Source: Nitrospirota bacterium
GTDB taxonomy: Bacteria; Nitrospirota; UBA9217
DNA: 64,000 nucleotides
Reading direction: 5' to 3'
Assembly (NCBI GenBank): GCA_029858565.1
Contig: JAOUEV010000001.1
Location: forward strand, 156,678 to 220,677
The notes under the pieces were generated by a model. It was not told where the DNA came from. It did not search any database and saw only the letters and a list, made by a program, of their open reading frames with translations. Positions 17,895-27,966 of the stretch are shown piece by piece (within the stretch, counting starts at the first letter, position 1; the number at the start of each line of letters is the position of its first letter). The position numbers and the translations under genes were made by a program.

Positions 17895-18443
17895 TCAATG
17901 GTCCCGCGCGTCGGATTTACTGCCGTTCGGTTTTGAGATCGGCGACGGTGCCGCTTCCCGGAAGTTCTTGATGTTCAGGGCATCGAGGAACTTCTGCATT
18001 TCAGCTGACGCCGGCAGTTTGGCAGGGACCCTGGCGTCAGGAGCGCAGACCGTCAGGACCGTTCTCACCAGATCCCGTGCGCTGAAGTCCAGCATCTTCC
18101 TGATCTCGATGGGGGCGGCTCGTTCGATCAGCAGGGGCGTCTCGCGGTACCAGCCCGTGCCGACCGGCGGGGTGATGGGACCGCAGGGAAACTGTCCGGC
18201 CGATCTTGTCCGCTTGCCGGTCTTCTGCGCATAAGCGGATATGTCGGCACGGAGCTGTTGGAGGCCTTTGAATGCGGGATTCGAGCAGATGCCCGCCTTG
18301 CCCCAGCAGATGGGGTCGAACCGGGACATGTTGATGCCGCAGCAGAGAACATGGGACCCGGGAGCTATCTCCGGCGTCTCACGGATGATGATGTAGAAAT
18401 AGTCGTTCTTGTACTCGTAGGTTGCGATCCCTTTTCCGGTCAT
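17895..18443 (-). CDS. Hypothetical protein, Cys-containing
   Basis: High-GC3 codon usage; CCGINMSRFDPICWGKAGIC segment; start uncertain (18443 or 18452). Confidence 0.7.
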   Translation of the reverse strand: MTGKGIATYEYKNDYFYIIIRETPEIAPGSHVLCCGINMSRFDPICWGKAGICSNPAFKGLQQLRADISAYAQKTGKRTRSAGQFPCGPITPPVGTGWYRETPLLIERAAPIEIRKMLDFSARDLVRTVLTVCAPDARVPAKLPASAEMQKFLDALNIKNFREAAPSPISKPNGSKSDARDH

Positions 18444-18503
18444 GGCGTGCACCGCCTTCCTGAAGTGAGCGGGGAGCGGATCTGCCGTTCCCCGCCGGGA
18501 ATG

Positions 18504-18830
18504 CTATTTTGAGCCCTTCTTCTTGGGTTTTGCCTTTGTCTTGGACTTTGCCGCCGGCTTGGCCTTTGCCTTGGGTTTTGTTTTGCACTCCTCCAGGGCC
18601 CTCTTGGTCTTGTCCAGGTCCTGGTTCTGCATCTCAAGCATCTGGCTCAGCTTTGCGTTGTCCTGCTTCAGGACCTCGATCTCCTTACGCGCGGCATCAC
18701 GCTCGTTCCGTGCCTTGTTGCCGACAAAGAAGCTGATAATGAGCAGGATGGTGACAACTGCCGCCAGGGAGATGAAGATCAACTTTGCTTTCTGTGCATC
18801 ATCCATGCTGCTGCGTTCCGGTCTGTCCAT
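18504..18830 (-). CDS. Single-TM coiled-coil protein with Lys/Ala-rich tail
   Basis: RBS AAGGAGG; TM helix, heptad coil, KPKAKAKPAAKSKTKAKPKKK tail. Confidence 0.8.
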   Translation of the reverse strand: MDRPERSSMDDAQKAKLIFISLAAVVTILLIISFFVGNKARNERDAARKEIEVLKQDNAKLSQMLEMQNQDLDKTKRALEECKTKPKAKAKPAAKSKTKAKPKKKGSK

Positions 18831-18863
18831 GCTGATAAGTTCCTCCTTGGGAAATTAAGTAAT

Positions 18864-18932
18864 AAAGCGATAAGCGCTAAGAAGTAAGCAGCCAATGCCG
18901 TTGTCTGCCTACTGCTTACCGCTTCAGAGCTT
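18864..18932. repeat. Inverted heptamer arrays (TAAGCAG type)
   Basis: aaagcga taagcgc taagaag taagcag ... ctgccta ctgctta ccgcttc agagctt. Confidence 0.7.
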
Positions 18933-18935
18933 TTT

Positions 18936-19445
18936 CTAATGGTACCTTTTCACCTCGAACCGGGAGAGCGTGATCTCCGTGCCCGGGGGGATGCCCGCCT
19001 TCTGCATGGAGATGCTGATCTGCTGCTGTGCCGTGTCAACGCCTTCCAGGTCCGGGAGCAGCAGACCGCGTCTGCGGCCGGCCGCGACAATGACCCCGTA
19101 GCGCTTCGGGTCCAGGTCTTTCAGGTCCGTGACCGGCTCGGGCGGGGACAGGACGTCCACGGAGTATTCAAGGCCTGCCAGTTCGTGGGGCCTGACGGCG
19201 GGGAAACGGGGATCGCAGGTAGCCGCGCTGATGGCGTTCCGTATGATCTCCTGCGCCACGTTGGGCTCACAGGGCTCGAAGGTGCCGATGCACCCGCGCA
19301 GCATGCCCCGGACCTTGAGTGACACGAACACGCCCGCTTTTGCGTTCATTTCGGGCGTCAGGTCCTGGTCACGAAGGGGCAGCACCCGGCCCTCGTTCAC
19401 GTAGAGCTCAATGGTGTCCTTCGCCAGCGTGACAAGGGGATGCAT
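18936..19445 (-). CDS. amrA: AMMECR1-domain (AmmeMemoRadiSam system protein A)
   Basis: GVFVSL...LRGCIGT, DPRF, SVDVLS, GLLLPD. Confidence 0.9.
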   Translation of the reverse strand: MHPLVTLAKDTIELYVNEGRVLPLRDQDLTPEMNAKAGVFVSLKVRGMLRGCIGTFEPCEPNVAQEIIRNAISAATCDPRFPAVRPHELAGLEYSVDVLSPPEPVTDLKDLDPKRYGVIVAAGRRRGLLLPDLEGVDTAQQQISISMQKAGIPPGTEITLSRFEVKRYH

Positions 19446-20428
19446 TACCTCTCCCGTTGTACCACGTAATCGGCAAGCGCCGACAGCGCCTGCCGGGCAG
19501 GTGAATCAGGGAAGACCGCGAGCGCCGCCTTGGCGTCGTCGGCAAGGGACTGGGCATAACGGATCGCCTCGTCCACGACCCCGTACTTTTCCATGAGCTT
19601 GATCGTGTAGGCAAGGTCCTCGTCGGTCATGGCGTCGGCGCTCAGGATCGTGCGGATCGCGCCTTGCTCGTTGTGGTCGGCCTCGCGCATGAGGTAGATG
19701 AGCGGAAGGGTGACCTTGCCTTCGGCAAGGTCCTTGCCCAGCACCTTGCCGAGCTGCTTCTGGTCGGCGGAATAATCGAGGGTGTCGTCGGTGACCTGGA
19801 ACGCGAGGCCGAGCTTCCGGCCATAGGCGGCCAGGGCGTCCTCCTGGGACAGGGGCGCCTTGCCGATCACGGCGCCCAGTCGGCAGGCGGCGGTGATCAG
19901 CACGCCGGTCTTGCATTCCACGATGCGGAAGTAATCGGCCTCGGTCATTTCCGGATTCTGGATCTGCATGAGCTGGAGCACTTCGCCTTCGGACATGGCG
20001 GTGGTCGTTTCGGACAGGACGTCCATGACCCGCTGGTTGTGCAGCCGCACGCCGTGATAGAGCGCCTTGGAGTAGAGATAGTCACCCACGAGGATGCTGG
20101 CCTGGTTGCCCCAGATGGAGTTGGCAGCGGACTGGCCGCGGCGCACCTTGGCCTCGTCGATCACATCGTCATGAAGGAGCGAGGCGGTATGGATGAACTC
20201 GACCACGCTGCCGAGGACATATTCAGCGTCATGGCTGCGGTAGCCGCAGATGCGCGCGGACAAAAGATGCAGGAGGGGACGGAAACGCTTGCCGCCCGCT
20301 CCGAGGATGTATTTGCTGACCTGCTGGATGAGCGCGACATCGGTGCCCAGGCTCTCATGGATGTGCGACTCCATGCGCTCCATGTCGGATTTGTATTCCT
20401 TGAGGATGTCCTGAATGGTCGTGATCAT
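19445..20428 (-). CDS. ispB: Polyprenyl (octaprenyl-type) diphosphate synthase
   Basis: [19 protein letters not shown]...RRG, KTG, AFQVTDD. Confidence 0.9.
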   Translation of the reverse strand: MITTIQDILKEYKSDMERMESHIHESLGTDVALIQQVSKYILGAGGKRFRPLLHLLSARICGYRSHDAEYVLGSVVEFIHTASLLHDDVIDEAKVRRGQSAANSIWGNQASILVGDYLYSKALYHGVRLHNQRVMDVLSETTTAMSEGEVLQLMQIQNPEMTEADYFRIVECKTGVLITAACRLGAVIGKAPLSQEDALAAYGRKLGLAFQVTDDTLDYSADQKQLGKVLGKDLAEGKVTLPLIYLMREADHNEQGAIRTILSADAMTDEDLAYTIKLMEKYGVVDEAIRYAQSLADDAKAALAVFPDSPARQALSALADYVVQRER

Positions 20429-20486
20429 GGCGATTTTCCAAGAAAACTGGTTGAATAATAGGGGGAAATCTGTGGAAAGTCAAGTG

Positions 20487-21473
20487 CTACAGCTTCATCG
20501 CTTCCTGCACCCGGCCGAGCATTTCCCGTGCAACGATCCGGGCTTTGGCCGAACCCGCATCAATGATCTCCTGGACCTGCTTCGGGTTGGCGATCAGTTC
20601 CTTCCGCTTGTCCTGGATCGGCTTGAGATAGGCGAGCAGGTGTTTGAGCAGTTCTTTCTTATCGTCCACGCACCCGATGCCGGCCTTGGGGCATTCGCGC
20701 TTCACGTGGTCGCACCATTCCCTGGGCGCGAAGATCTGGTTGAGCGAGTAGAGCGGGCAGATGTCGGGATTGCCCGGGTCCGTGCGCCGCTGACGCGCGG
20801 GGTCCGTGACCATGGCCATGACCTTCTTGGTGATCGATTCGGGCGTATCCGAGAGATAGAGGCAGTTGTTGTAGCTCTTGCTCATCTTGCGGCCATCGGT
20901 GCCCGGAAGCTTGGGGTACTGGGTCAGGAGCGGCTGGGGATCGGGGAATACCTCGCCGTAAAAGGAATTGAACCTCCTGCCGATCTCGCGGGTCAGCTCC
21001 AGGTGCGGCAGCTGGTCGATGCCCACGGGCACGTAGTCCGCCTCGTAGATCAGGATGTCCGCGGCCTGCAGCACGGGATAGCCCAGGAACCCGTAGGTGT
21101 AAAGGTCCCGGTCGTTGATCTGTTCCATCTTTTCCTTATATGTCGGCACTCGCTCCAGCCAGGGGAGCGGAGTGATCATGGAGAAGAGCACGTGCAGCAC
21201 CGCGTGCTCGGGCAGCTGGGACTGCTGGAACAGGACGGACTTGTTCGGATCGAGCCCGGCGCTGAGCCAGTCGATCACCATTTCATGCACGAAGGTGCGC
21301 ATCTTCGACGTGTCGCTGTACTGGGTGGTGAGCGCGTGCCAGTCGGCGATGAAATAGTAGCATTCGTACTCTTCCTGGAGCGTGCGCCAGTTGTCGAGCG
21401 CGCCCATGAGGTTGCCGAGATGGAGCAGCCCGCTGGGCTGCATGCCGCTGAGGACCCGTTTCTTTTTGGACAT
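20487..21473 (-). CDS. trpS: Tryptophan-tRNA ligase
   Basis: SGMQPSG, HLGN, YPVLQAADIL, VPVGIDQ, KMSKS. Confidence 0.97.
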   Translation of the reverse strand: MSKKKRVLSGMQPSGLLHLGNLMGALDNWRTLQEEYECYYFIADWHALTTQYSDTSKMRTFVHEMVIDWLSAGLDPNKSVLFQQSQLPEHAVLHVLFSMITPLPWLERVPTYKEKMEQINDRDLYTYGFLGYPVLQAADILIYEADYVPVGIDQLPHLELTREIGRRFNSFYGEVFPDPQPLLTQYPKLPGTDGRKMSKSYNNCLYLSDTPESITKKVMAMVTDPARQRRTDPGNPDICPLYSLNQIFAPREWCDHVKRECPKAGIGCVDDKKELLKHLLAYLKPIQDKRKELIANPKQVQEIIDAGSAKARIVAREMLGRVQEAMKL

Positions 21474-21477
21474 GATT

Positions 21478-22155
21478 TTACAATCCTCCGTCGCCCAGCA
21501 GCAGCGAAAGCAGCGGCCGGATGACCGGCGTCATGATCTTGCCGAGCACGCCCATCATGATGAGCGCCATCAGGATCAGCGTGCCGTAGGGCTCCAGGCG
21601 GTAGTACATCATCGCCTGTCGGTCCGGCAGCGCCCAGTAGACCACGCGGCTCCCGTCGAGCGGAGGGATGGGAATGAGGTTCAGGACCGCGAGGACGACA
21701 TTGATGACCACTGCGTAGCCGAGCATGAGCGTGAGCGGCACGGCGATCCAGGACCAGTAGGGCTCGGGAACGTTGCCCTCAAGTCCCGTCATGACCACCC
21801 GGAGGAAGAGGGAACTTGCGACGGCCATCACGATGTTGATGCCGGGACCGGCGAGCGCCGAGAGCGCCATGCCTTTCTTCGGGTCCTTGAAGTACGCGGG
21901 ATTGATGGGGACTGGCTTGGCATAGCCGAAGAGCATTCGTCCGTCGGTCAGCACAAAGAGCATGAGCGGCATCAGGACCGTTCCGAACAGATCGATGTGC
22001 GAGATCGGGTTCAGGGTCAGCCGGCCCATTTCCTTTGCCGTGGGATCTCCGAGCCGGTAGGCGACCCATCCGTGGGCAACCTCGTGCAGCACAATGGCGA
22101 AGACCATGGGCGCGGCCATGACGGCGATCTTTTGTATGGTGGTCAGTTCGGTCAT
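21478..22155 (-). CDS. Site-2 protease (peptidase M50)
   Basis: HEVAH, AGP, NLIPIPPLDG. Confidence 0.93.
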   Translation of the reverse strand: MTELTTIQKIAVMAAPMVFAIVLHEVAHGWVAYRLGDPTAKEMGRLTLNPISHIDLFGTVLMPLMLFVLTDGRMLFGYAKPVPINPAYFKDPKKGMALSALAGPGINIVMAVASSLFLRVVMTGLEGNVPEPYWSWIAVPLTLMLGYAVVINVVLAVLNLIPIPPLDGSRVVYWALPDRQAMMYYRLEPYGTLILMALIMMGVLGKIMTPVIRPLLSLLLGDGGL

Positions 22156-22162
22156 AAGTAAG

Positions 22163-24070
22163 CTATTGCGGCAGGAGCGTGAACTTGCCGTTCTCCACCT
22201 TGATCAGGAAGAGTTTCTTGACCGCCTCGCCCGAGCCGACAAAGGACGTGCTTCCGGACACACCGGGAAAGTCCCTTGTTCCCAGCAGCGCTTCCCGTAC
22301 CGCCGCAGGCGTCTCTTTTCCCTGGTCCAGCGCAGCGAACACCATGGCCGCCGCGTCATAGGCCTGGGAGGACAGCAGGTCCGGGTCTTCCTGGTACGCG
22401 GACCGGTAAGCTTCCACGACCGCCTTGACCGCCGGTTCCGGGCTCTCGGGACAGAATCCGTCCACGAATACCGCGCCCTCTGCGTGCTGGCCCGCGCGCT
22501 CGATCAGGTCCGGAAGATGCCAATTGTTCGATCCGATCAGCGCCTTGCCCGTGATGTTGTAGAACGCCAGCTGGGGGATCAGGAGTCCCACGCGGTCGGC
22601 ATAGCCGGGCAGATACAGCGCATCGAAGGTCGGGACGTACATCTGGAACAGACGCTTGCGCTCCTGGTCATCGTCGGGGATCGGGATCTTCTGCGAGCGC
22701 ATATCGATCTCGATGATCTTCTTGATATAGGGCCCGAAATCATTCGCATCGGCCGGATAGGTGATGGTCGCCAGGATCTCGGCCTCTTTCCCGAGCTCCC
22801 GCGAGAAATGCCGTGTCAGGTCGCGTCCATAAGGGTCATCGGGCGCCAGGATCACGAACTTCCTGAATTGCAGGCCCATACCGTACCGTGCGGCGGCGAT
22901 CGCCTGCGACGCATTGGTGAGAGCGTTCCGGAAGATCCAGGGGCTGAGCTCGGTCAGCCCCGTGCCTGAAGCCGTCGGCGTGATGACCGGCACCTGGAGT
23001 TTGGCCAGAGAGGGCGCCAGCGCCTCGACCTCGCGGGTCAGGAGCGGACCGACAACTGCAACGACGTTCTTCTGCACAAGCTCGGCCAGGCCGCTGACGG
23101 CTTTCTCGGGATTGCCCTCGGTGTCCTTGATGATGAGTTCGACGCGGCTGTCGGGATGTTCGGTGTTGTAGGACAATGCCGCCAGCTGGATGCCTTTCAG
23201 CACGCGGTCGCCGAAGAAGGAGGCCTGTCCGGTCTGGGGTACCAGGACGCCCAGGGCGTACCGCGGCTCGGTGAGCTTGGCCGTGGCATCAGCGAGCAGC
23301 ATTTCCGCGCGGGTCTTTTCGGGATGCGCCGCGAACCGTTCGAGGAAAGCTTTTGCCGCCGCGACCGCGTCGCGATAATGGCGTTTCTCGATCAACACGG
23401 TCGTGCGTCGGAGCAGGGCAAGGTCAGCGGGATAGGTCTTGTCTTCGGCAAGGGTCGCGATGTCGTCGTCGGACAGTCTCTTTTCGATGAGGTCGCGCAC
23501 GCGGTCGCGGTATCCCGCCCGCTGTTTTTCGTTCGGCGCGTTCTGTGCAAGCCAGGCGAACTCCCGGACAGCGGGGAGCAGCCGGTCCTTTGCCAGATAG
23601 GAAAGGGACAGCACTTCGGCGATGCGCTGCAGCTTCTGCGGGTCGGTGATGCCGGTACGCTCCGAGAGATTGCCGATAGCGAGGTCGTATTCCTTGATCT
23701 CGAAATAGCAGAGGCCGATCCGGTACTTTGCCTCGATGATGAGCGGGGATCCCGGATGGCGCTCGATCAGGTCCATATAGTACTTGAGCGCCAGCGGGTA
23801 GTTCCGGAGCGTGAACTGGACGTCACCCATGAGCGACCGCGCGCGGTCGTCATGGCGGCTCGTGGGATAGGTGACGAAGAAGCCCTCCACGGTCTTGGCC
23901 GCCTGCTCATACTGCTTTTTCACGTAGAGCGATTCAGCGTGGTTCAGGAGCGCAGCGGCGTCCTTTTCCCAGGGGGCTTCGGGAATCATCGCGGGCGCAC
24001 AGCCAAGGACCAGGATCGCTGAAAGGACGATGAGGAGCAGGACAGGCGTGAGGAGGGACCTCAAGTGCAT
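22163..24070 (-). CDS. TPR plus periplasmic-binding-protein lipoprotein (LpoA/penicillin-binding protein activator-like)
   Basis: Lipobox VLGC; TPR-like helices; type I PBP fold (GVLVPQTG, KDTEGNP, VVGPL, AYDA, GVSG). Confidence 0.8.
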   Translation of the reverse strand: MHLRSLLTPVLLLIVLSAILVLGCAPAMIPEAPWEKDAAALLNHAESLYVKKQYEQAAKTVEGFFVTYPTSRHDDRARSLMGDVQFTLRNYPLALKYYMDLIERHPGSPLIIEAKYRIGLCYFEIKEYDLAIGNLSERTGITDPQKLQRIAEVLSLSYLAKDRLLPAVREFAWLAQNAPNEKQRAGYRDRVRDLIEKRLSDDDIATLAEDKTYPADLALLRRTTVLIEKRHYRDAVAAAKAFLERFAAHPEKTRAEMLLADATAKLTEPRYALGVLVPQTGQASFFGDRVLKGIQLAALSYNTEHPDSRVELIIKDTEGNPEKAVSGLAELVQKNVVAVVGPLLTREVEALAPSLAKLQVPVITPTASGTGLTELSPWIFRNALTNASQAIAAARYGMGLQFRKFVILAPDDPYGRDLTRHFSRELGKEAEILATITYPADANDFGPYIKKIIEIDMRSQKIPIPDDDQERKRLFQMYVPTFDALYLPGYADRVGLLIPQLAFYNITGKALIGSNNWHLPDLIERAGQHAEGAVFVDGFCPESPEPAVKAVVEAYRSAYQEDPDLLSSQAYDAAAMVFAALDQGKETPAAVREALLGTRDFPGVSGSTSFVGSGEAVKKLFLIKVENGKFTLLPQ

Positions 24071-24073
24071 GGG

Positions 24074-24184
24074 TTACTTGCCCTTCTTTGCCGCTGCCTC
24101 GGCCATTGCGGCCTTGCGACGGGCGCGAAGGTTCTCTTCTTTCCGCTTCCGTCTTTGACGGATCTCTTTGTCACGAATGCGCAT
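24074..24184 (-). CDS. 36-aa highly basic protein MRIRDKEIRQRRKRKEENLRARRKAAMAEAAAKKGK (DUF6800-like)
   Basis: RBS AAAGGAG; strong promoter upstream; stop 3 nt before the next ATG; absent from the ORF track. Confidence 0.8.
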   Translation of the reverse strand: MRIRDKEIRQRRKRKEENLRARRKAAMAEAAAKKGK

Positions 24185-24231
24185 TCTGGTGGTCTCCTTT
24201 CAGGGGTGGTCGCTGAGGATTCAGCCTGCAC

Positions 24232-24260
24232 ACTATAGCGAAGAAACCCCTGTTTGTCAA
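24232..24260 (-). promoter_or_regulatory. sigma70 promoter
   Basis: TTGACA, 17 nt, TATAGT. Confidence 0.75.
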
Positions 24261-24304
24261 TAACTTGCTGGGCGATTTCCCGGGGGCTATCCCCTGCGCA
24301 GGAT

Positions 24305-24332
24305 AAAAAAAGCCGGGGCAAAGTGCCCCGGC
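24305..24332 (-). terminator. Intrinsic terminator of the lipoprotein gene
   Basis: gccggggca-ctt-tgccccggc followed by a U-run on the minus strand. Confidence 0.8.
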
Positions 24333-24365
24333 CTGTTTGCAATCGGTGTTTCCGCCTGTTCTGAA

Positions 24366-25967
24366 CTAGGGAGTTGCCGGTCTCCAGGCAAAGCGGAAGC
24401 TCTGGCCGCCGAACTGGTAGCTGATGCCGAAGTAGGCGAGATTGTAGCGGTCTTGGGTGAGCTCGTTGTAGAAGTACGGCCCATTTCCGTCAAGGTCTCT
24501 CACGTCGATGGTGGTTGTGCTGAAATCGATGCCCCACTTCTGGTTCCGCCGTAGCAGAGTGTTCCCCGTGACTCCATCCCAGTCATCGAGCGATATTTCG
24601 TATCCACCCAAGAGGCTGTTCAGGAGTGTCGCATCAGTCACTTCCACATATCCCGTGCCGTTGTGCTGATACCATTTCACATGCAGCGTCTGAACAGCAT
24701 TGTAGTTAGCCGCGTCAACATCGAAGCGTATTGCCGGGACGAACACGATCGGATTGCCGTTCGCATCGACCGGGTTGGCCAGGGAGAACTCGAATTTCCC
24801 GATTTCCACCGGACCGGAACCATTATTACGCGCGAGCACCCAGTCTCCCGCGGGAGTGTCGGTCGTCAACTGGGCGGCAACGTCGCCGGTGATGAACTGT
24901 AAGTGCCAGTTGCCCGTGCTTGTTACGTCCGAACTCACGTAAAGAATGTCCTTGAAGCAGCGGTATTCGTCACTGGAATCTTGGCGCGTCCCCGTGCTCG
25001 TGGTGCTGGTTGATCCTGTGGAAAGTGCATTGCCCGTATCGTACGTTACGGATATGAGCGAGATCGGGCCCGGAGGGGTCAATGTGTACTCGACTGTGGG
25101 AGCGCCTGAAGTCGGGCAGATGGCGAAGAATTCGGAGTTGTCATAATAGTCGTTCAGGTCAAAGTAGAGCTGATAGCCTGTATACATGGTAGCCGTGTCA
25201 TAGGTGGACAAGCTGGTGATGCTTGCATAGTCGCCCATGAACACGAAGGACTGTCTTCCGTTAATGCATGTATTCGTTGTAAGGTCGCAGTTGCGGATCA
25301 CGTCCTTAATCGTGCCCAGGATGTCGTCGGTCCGGGAGAGCGCTTCGAGGCTGCCCGCGCTCATGGTCACGTTGCTCGCAAGGGTGCTGACCGAGAGAGT
25401 TGCCACGCCGCTTGTGGAGTCGACGGTGCCGACGTTCATGGTGTCAGGTGTGAAAGCGGATAACGGGATCGACAACAGATTGTCGTAGGTAGCGTCGCCC
25501 TGGAGCGAGATCATGCCGACCGGCGTCGATCCTGCCATCTGTACCAGCATCCAGTCAACATCAAAGACAGCGCTGGCGTCCATGCCGGTTATATCCAGGT
25601 CGGGCACTTTCGCGATGATATCGGCGAGGCTAATCGTCTTTTCAAGGGTGAAGGAGAAGTTGCCCGACGCATCAAGGGTTGAGGTCTTTCTCAGGATGAA
25701 ATTGACCACATCGATGTTCGCTCCCTGCATTTTCGCGATCGGTATCGCCCAGACCGTATCAGCGGTCGCGGTCGCCGCCGCAGCGCCTGCCCGCAATGCT
25801 GCAGCCGCTCCCGTTGCTGCAACTGTACCGGTCAACTGCACGGAGTTCTTCGCAGCCGGTGCCGGTGCGCTACCACCGCCTCCGCTGCTGCATGCGGAGA
25901 GTCCTGCCGCGAGAAGGACCAGTATCAATACTGATGCCGACCATCTGTCTCCCGTTGCTATCTTCAT
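24366..25967 (-). CDS. Thr/Ser/Asp-rich surface lipoprotein, unknown function
   Basis: Lipobox LSAC followed by an SSGGGGS linker; RBS GGAGG; promoter TTGACA, 18 nt, TAGGCT. Confidence 0.8.
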   Translation of the reverse strand: MKIATGDRWSASVLILVLLAAGLSACSSGGGGSAPAPAAKNSVQLTGTVAATGAAAALRAGAAAATATADTVWAIPIAKMQGANIDVVNFILRKTSTLDASGNFSFTLEKTISLADIIAKVPDLDITGMDASAVFDVDWMLVQMAGSTPVGMISLQGDATYDNLLSIPLSAFTPDTMNVGTVDSTSGVATLSVSTLASNVTMSAGSLEALSRTDDILGTIKDVIRNCDLTTNTCINGRQSFVFMGDYASITSLSTYDTATMYTGYQLYFDLNDYYDNSEFFAICPTSGAPTVEYTLTPPGPISLISVTYDTGNALSTGSTSTTSTGTRQDSSDEYRCFKDILYVSSDVTSTGNWHLQFITGDVAAQLTTDTPAGDWVLARNNGSGPVEIGKFEFSLANPVDANGNPIVFVPAIRFDVDAANYNAVQTLHVKWYQHNGTGYVEVTDATLLNSLLGGYEISLDDWDGVTGNTLLRRNQKWGIDFSTTTIDVRDLDGNGPYFYNELTQDRYNLAYFGISYQFGGQSFRFAWRPATP

Positions 25968-26174
25968 TTGCATCTCCTCCCTGAGGTGGCAATCCCCCGG
26001 TTTCACGTTCCAGCTTCTGTTTCCGGGGATAGATAGAGCCTAGCCGAAGTGACCGGCCTCTGTCAAGGCAAAACAAACACTGTTTGCCGCAGGATGGTCT
26101 TTGCACAAATATTTTTTCGTGCTCTGCGAATGATGGCGTATAATTATGACCGAATATTTTATTCCGGAGGCGTC

Positions 26175-26899
26175 ATGATGTCCAAATCGGTCGTCAGTCT
26201 GTTCGTTCTTGACGGTTCGGGTTTCGGCACGCTTGGAGCGGCTGCCGGCGGATATTCCGTGGACTTCCGCGATACCCTGACCAATGCGTCCGTTGCCACG
26301 GCAACGGTCAATTTATGATGGACAATGCGACCGGCGGCCTGGCGAACGGTTCCTGGACAGCTGCGACGGCAACGGTCTACTATTCCGCAGTTGCGGCGGA
26401 CGGCACGCTCGGCGCGTGGTCCACGACGACCGCTCTGCCCCAGGCTCTTTTTGCCCAGGGTGCCGTTGTTGTGCGCGGCAGGATCTACGTGGCAGGCGGG
26501 AACGGTTCCGACGGCAACCCGGTCAAGACAGTGTACTCGGCACAGCTTAAGAGCGATGGGACGCTTGGCGCGTGGTCGACGCTTGCCAGTCTGCCGGCGG
26601 TCCGCGCTTATCATTCATTTGTTTCGGTTGCCGGGTATCTCTATGTGCTCGGTGGCACGGATTCTGCTGCGGATCCGACCAGCAACGTTGAAAGCTCCTC
26701 GCTAAAAACGGTTTACAATGCTCAGATAAATATCGCCGGCGGCAACGTTACCATTGCGAGTGAAGGTTCCTATAATCCGTACAACCACTCCAATGCTTTC
26801 TTCGCCGATTCCGCCGGCAAACCACATGTCATCATTTTGGGTGGTAGTGATGTTGGATCAGGTGCTCCGAAGAATGGGGTTTTTGTCTGCACCCAATGA
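26175..26899 (+). pseudogene. Broken Kelch-repeat (beta-propeller) surface-protein gene
   Basis: 47-aa ORF (26175-26318) overlapping a 194-aa ORF with only about 2-3 Kelch blades (RIYVAGG, YLYVLGG, DGTLGAWS); no signal peptide. Confidence 0.55.
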
Positions 26900-26933
26900 T
26901 CAATAAGCAGTAGTGGCAATGAAGAATATATTC

Positions 26934-26961
26934 AGGGGACGGCTGCAAGGTCGTCCCTTTT
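26934..26961 (+). terminator. Intrinsic terminator
   Basis: aggggacggc-tgcaag-gtcgtccctttt. Confidence 0.65.
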
Positions 26962-27069
26962 GTTTCTCCATCGGTGCTGAGCAGCGTCAACGCCGGCCGC
27001 AGTTCACTGTTTTTTCTCTTGATTTATTGCATCTGATAGATTAGATTATATCCGCTTATCGACCGGGAC

Positions 27070-27145
<76 letters not shown>

Positions 27146-27171
27146 ACTTTACGACCCATCATCGGACAAAG

Positions 27172-27205
27172 AAAAGCCTTGCAGGCATATCCTGCAAGGC
27201 TTTTT
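27172..27205. terminator. Bidirectional terminator (tRNA / purN)
   Basis: aaaagccttgcagg-catat-cctgcaaggcttttt. Confidence 0.88.
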
Positions 27206-27231
27206 GTTTTCGTTCTCCCGTTTTCCTTACC

Positions 27232-27882
27232 CTAGGGATTGAACAGGTGATCGTCCGATTCGGTCCTGCCTCCCGCCACTTTCACTATCCTGCCTTCGAC
27301 GGTCAGTTTCCCTTCCGCGAACAACTGTATGGCCCGGGAGAATATCCGGTGCTCCTGTTTCAGGATCCGGGCAGCAAGCGTATCCTCCGTGTCGTTGTCC
27401 AGGACCGGGACAATAGCCTGAATGATGATCGGCCCGGTGTCCATGCCCTCGTCAACGAAATGGACCGTGCAGCCCGAGAATTTTACGCCATGGTCGATCG
27501 CGGCCTTCTGGACATGGAGACCCGGGAAGGAGGGCAAGAGAGCCGGGTGGATGTTCATGATGCGGTTCGGGAAGGCCTTGACGAGCGTTCCCGTGATGAT
27601 GCGCATGAAACCGGCGAGGATCACGAGATCAACACCATGCTTCCGGAGCTCCTGCACCAGCAACCCGTCGTATTCCTCGCGTTTGCCTTTATAATCCCTG
27701 GCGCTGATGTGCACTGCCGGGATGTTGTGCGTCCTGGCGCGCTCCAGGGCGTATGCGTCCGCCTGATCGCTGATCACCACTGCGACCTCGGCTGTAAGAG
27801 AGCCGTTCCCGATATTGTCGATGACCGCCTGGAGGTTCGAGCCCCGGCCGGAGACGAGGACGCCGATCTTGATCTTTTTCAT
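27232..27882 (-). CDS. purN: Phosphoribosylglycinamide formyltransferase
   Basis: SGRGSNLQA, LAGFMRI, NIHPALLP, HFVDEGMDTGPII. Confidence 0.97.
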   Translation of the reverse strand: MKKIKIGVLVSGRGSNLQAVIDNIGNGSLTAEVAVVISDQADAYALERARTHNIPAVHISARDYKGKREEYDGLLVQELRKHGVDLVILAGFMRIITGTLVKAFPNRIMNIHPALLPSFPGLHVQKAAIDHGVKFSGCTVHFVDEGMDTGPIIIQAIVPVLDNDTEDTLAARILKQEHRIFSRAIQLFAEGKLTVEGRIVKVAGGRTESDDHLFNP

Positions 27883-27895
27883 GGTATGAAAAGGA

Positions 27896-27960
27896 GCCGG
27901 TACCCTGTAGCCTGTAGCCGGGATGTCTTTACCGGCTACAGGCGCCTGGCTACTGGCAAC
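27896..27960. repeat. Inverted heptamer arrays (GCCTGTA type) between purM and purN
   Basis: gccggta ccctgta gcctgta gccgg ... ccggc tacaggc gcctggc tactggc. Confidence 0.7.
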
Positions 27961-27966
27961 GAGGTC

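Noticed and set aside
16726-18830. Lys-rich-tail protein as the substrate of the nearby HDAC
   Set aside because: The only support is proximity, and the tail follows a TM helix so it may be extracytoplasmic.
18936-19445. Complete AmmeMemoRadiSam system
   Set aside because: Only the AMMECR1 gene is here; dispersed arrangements are ordinary.
26316-26318. TGA as selenocysteine or programmed recoding
   Set aside because: The downstream ORF is in another frame, and I saw no SECIS-like hairpin or slippery site.
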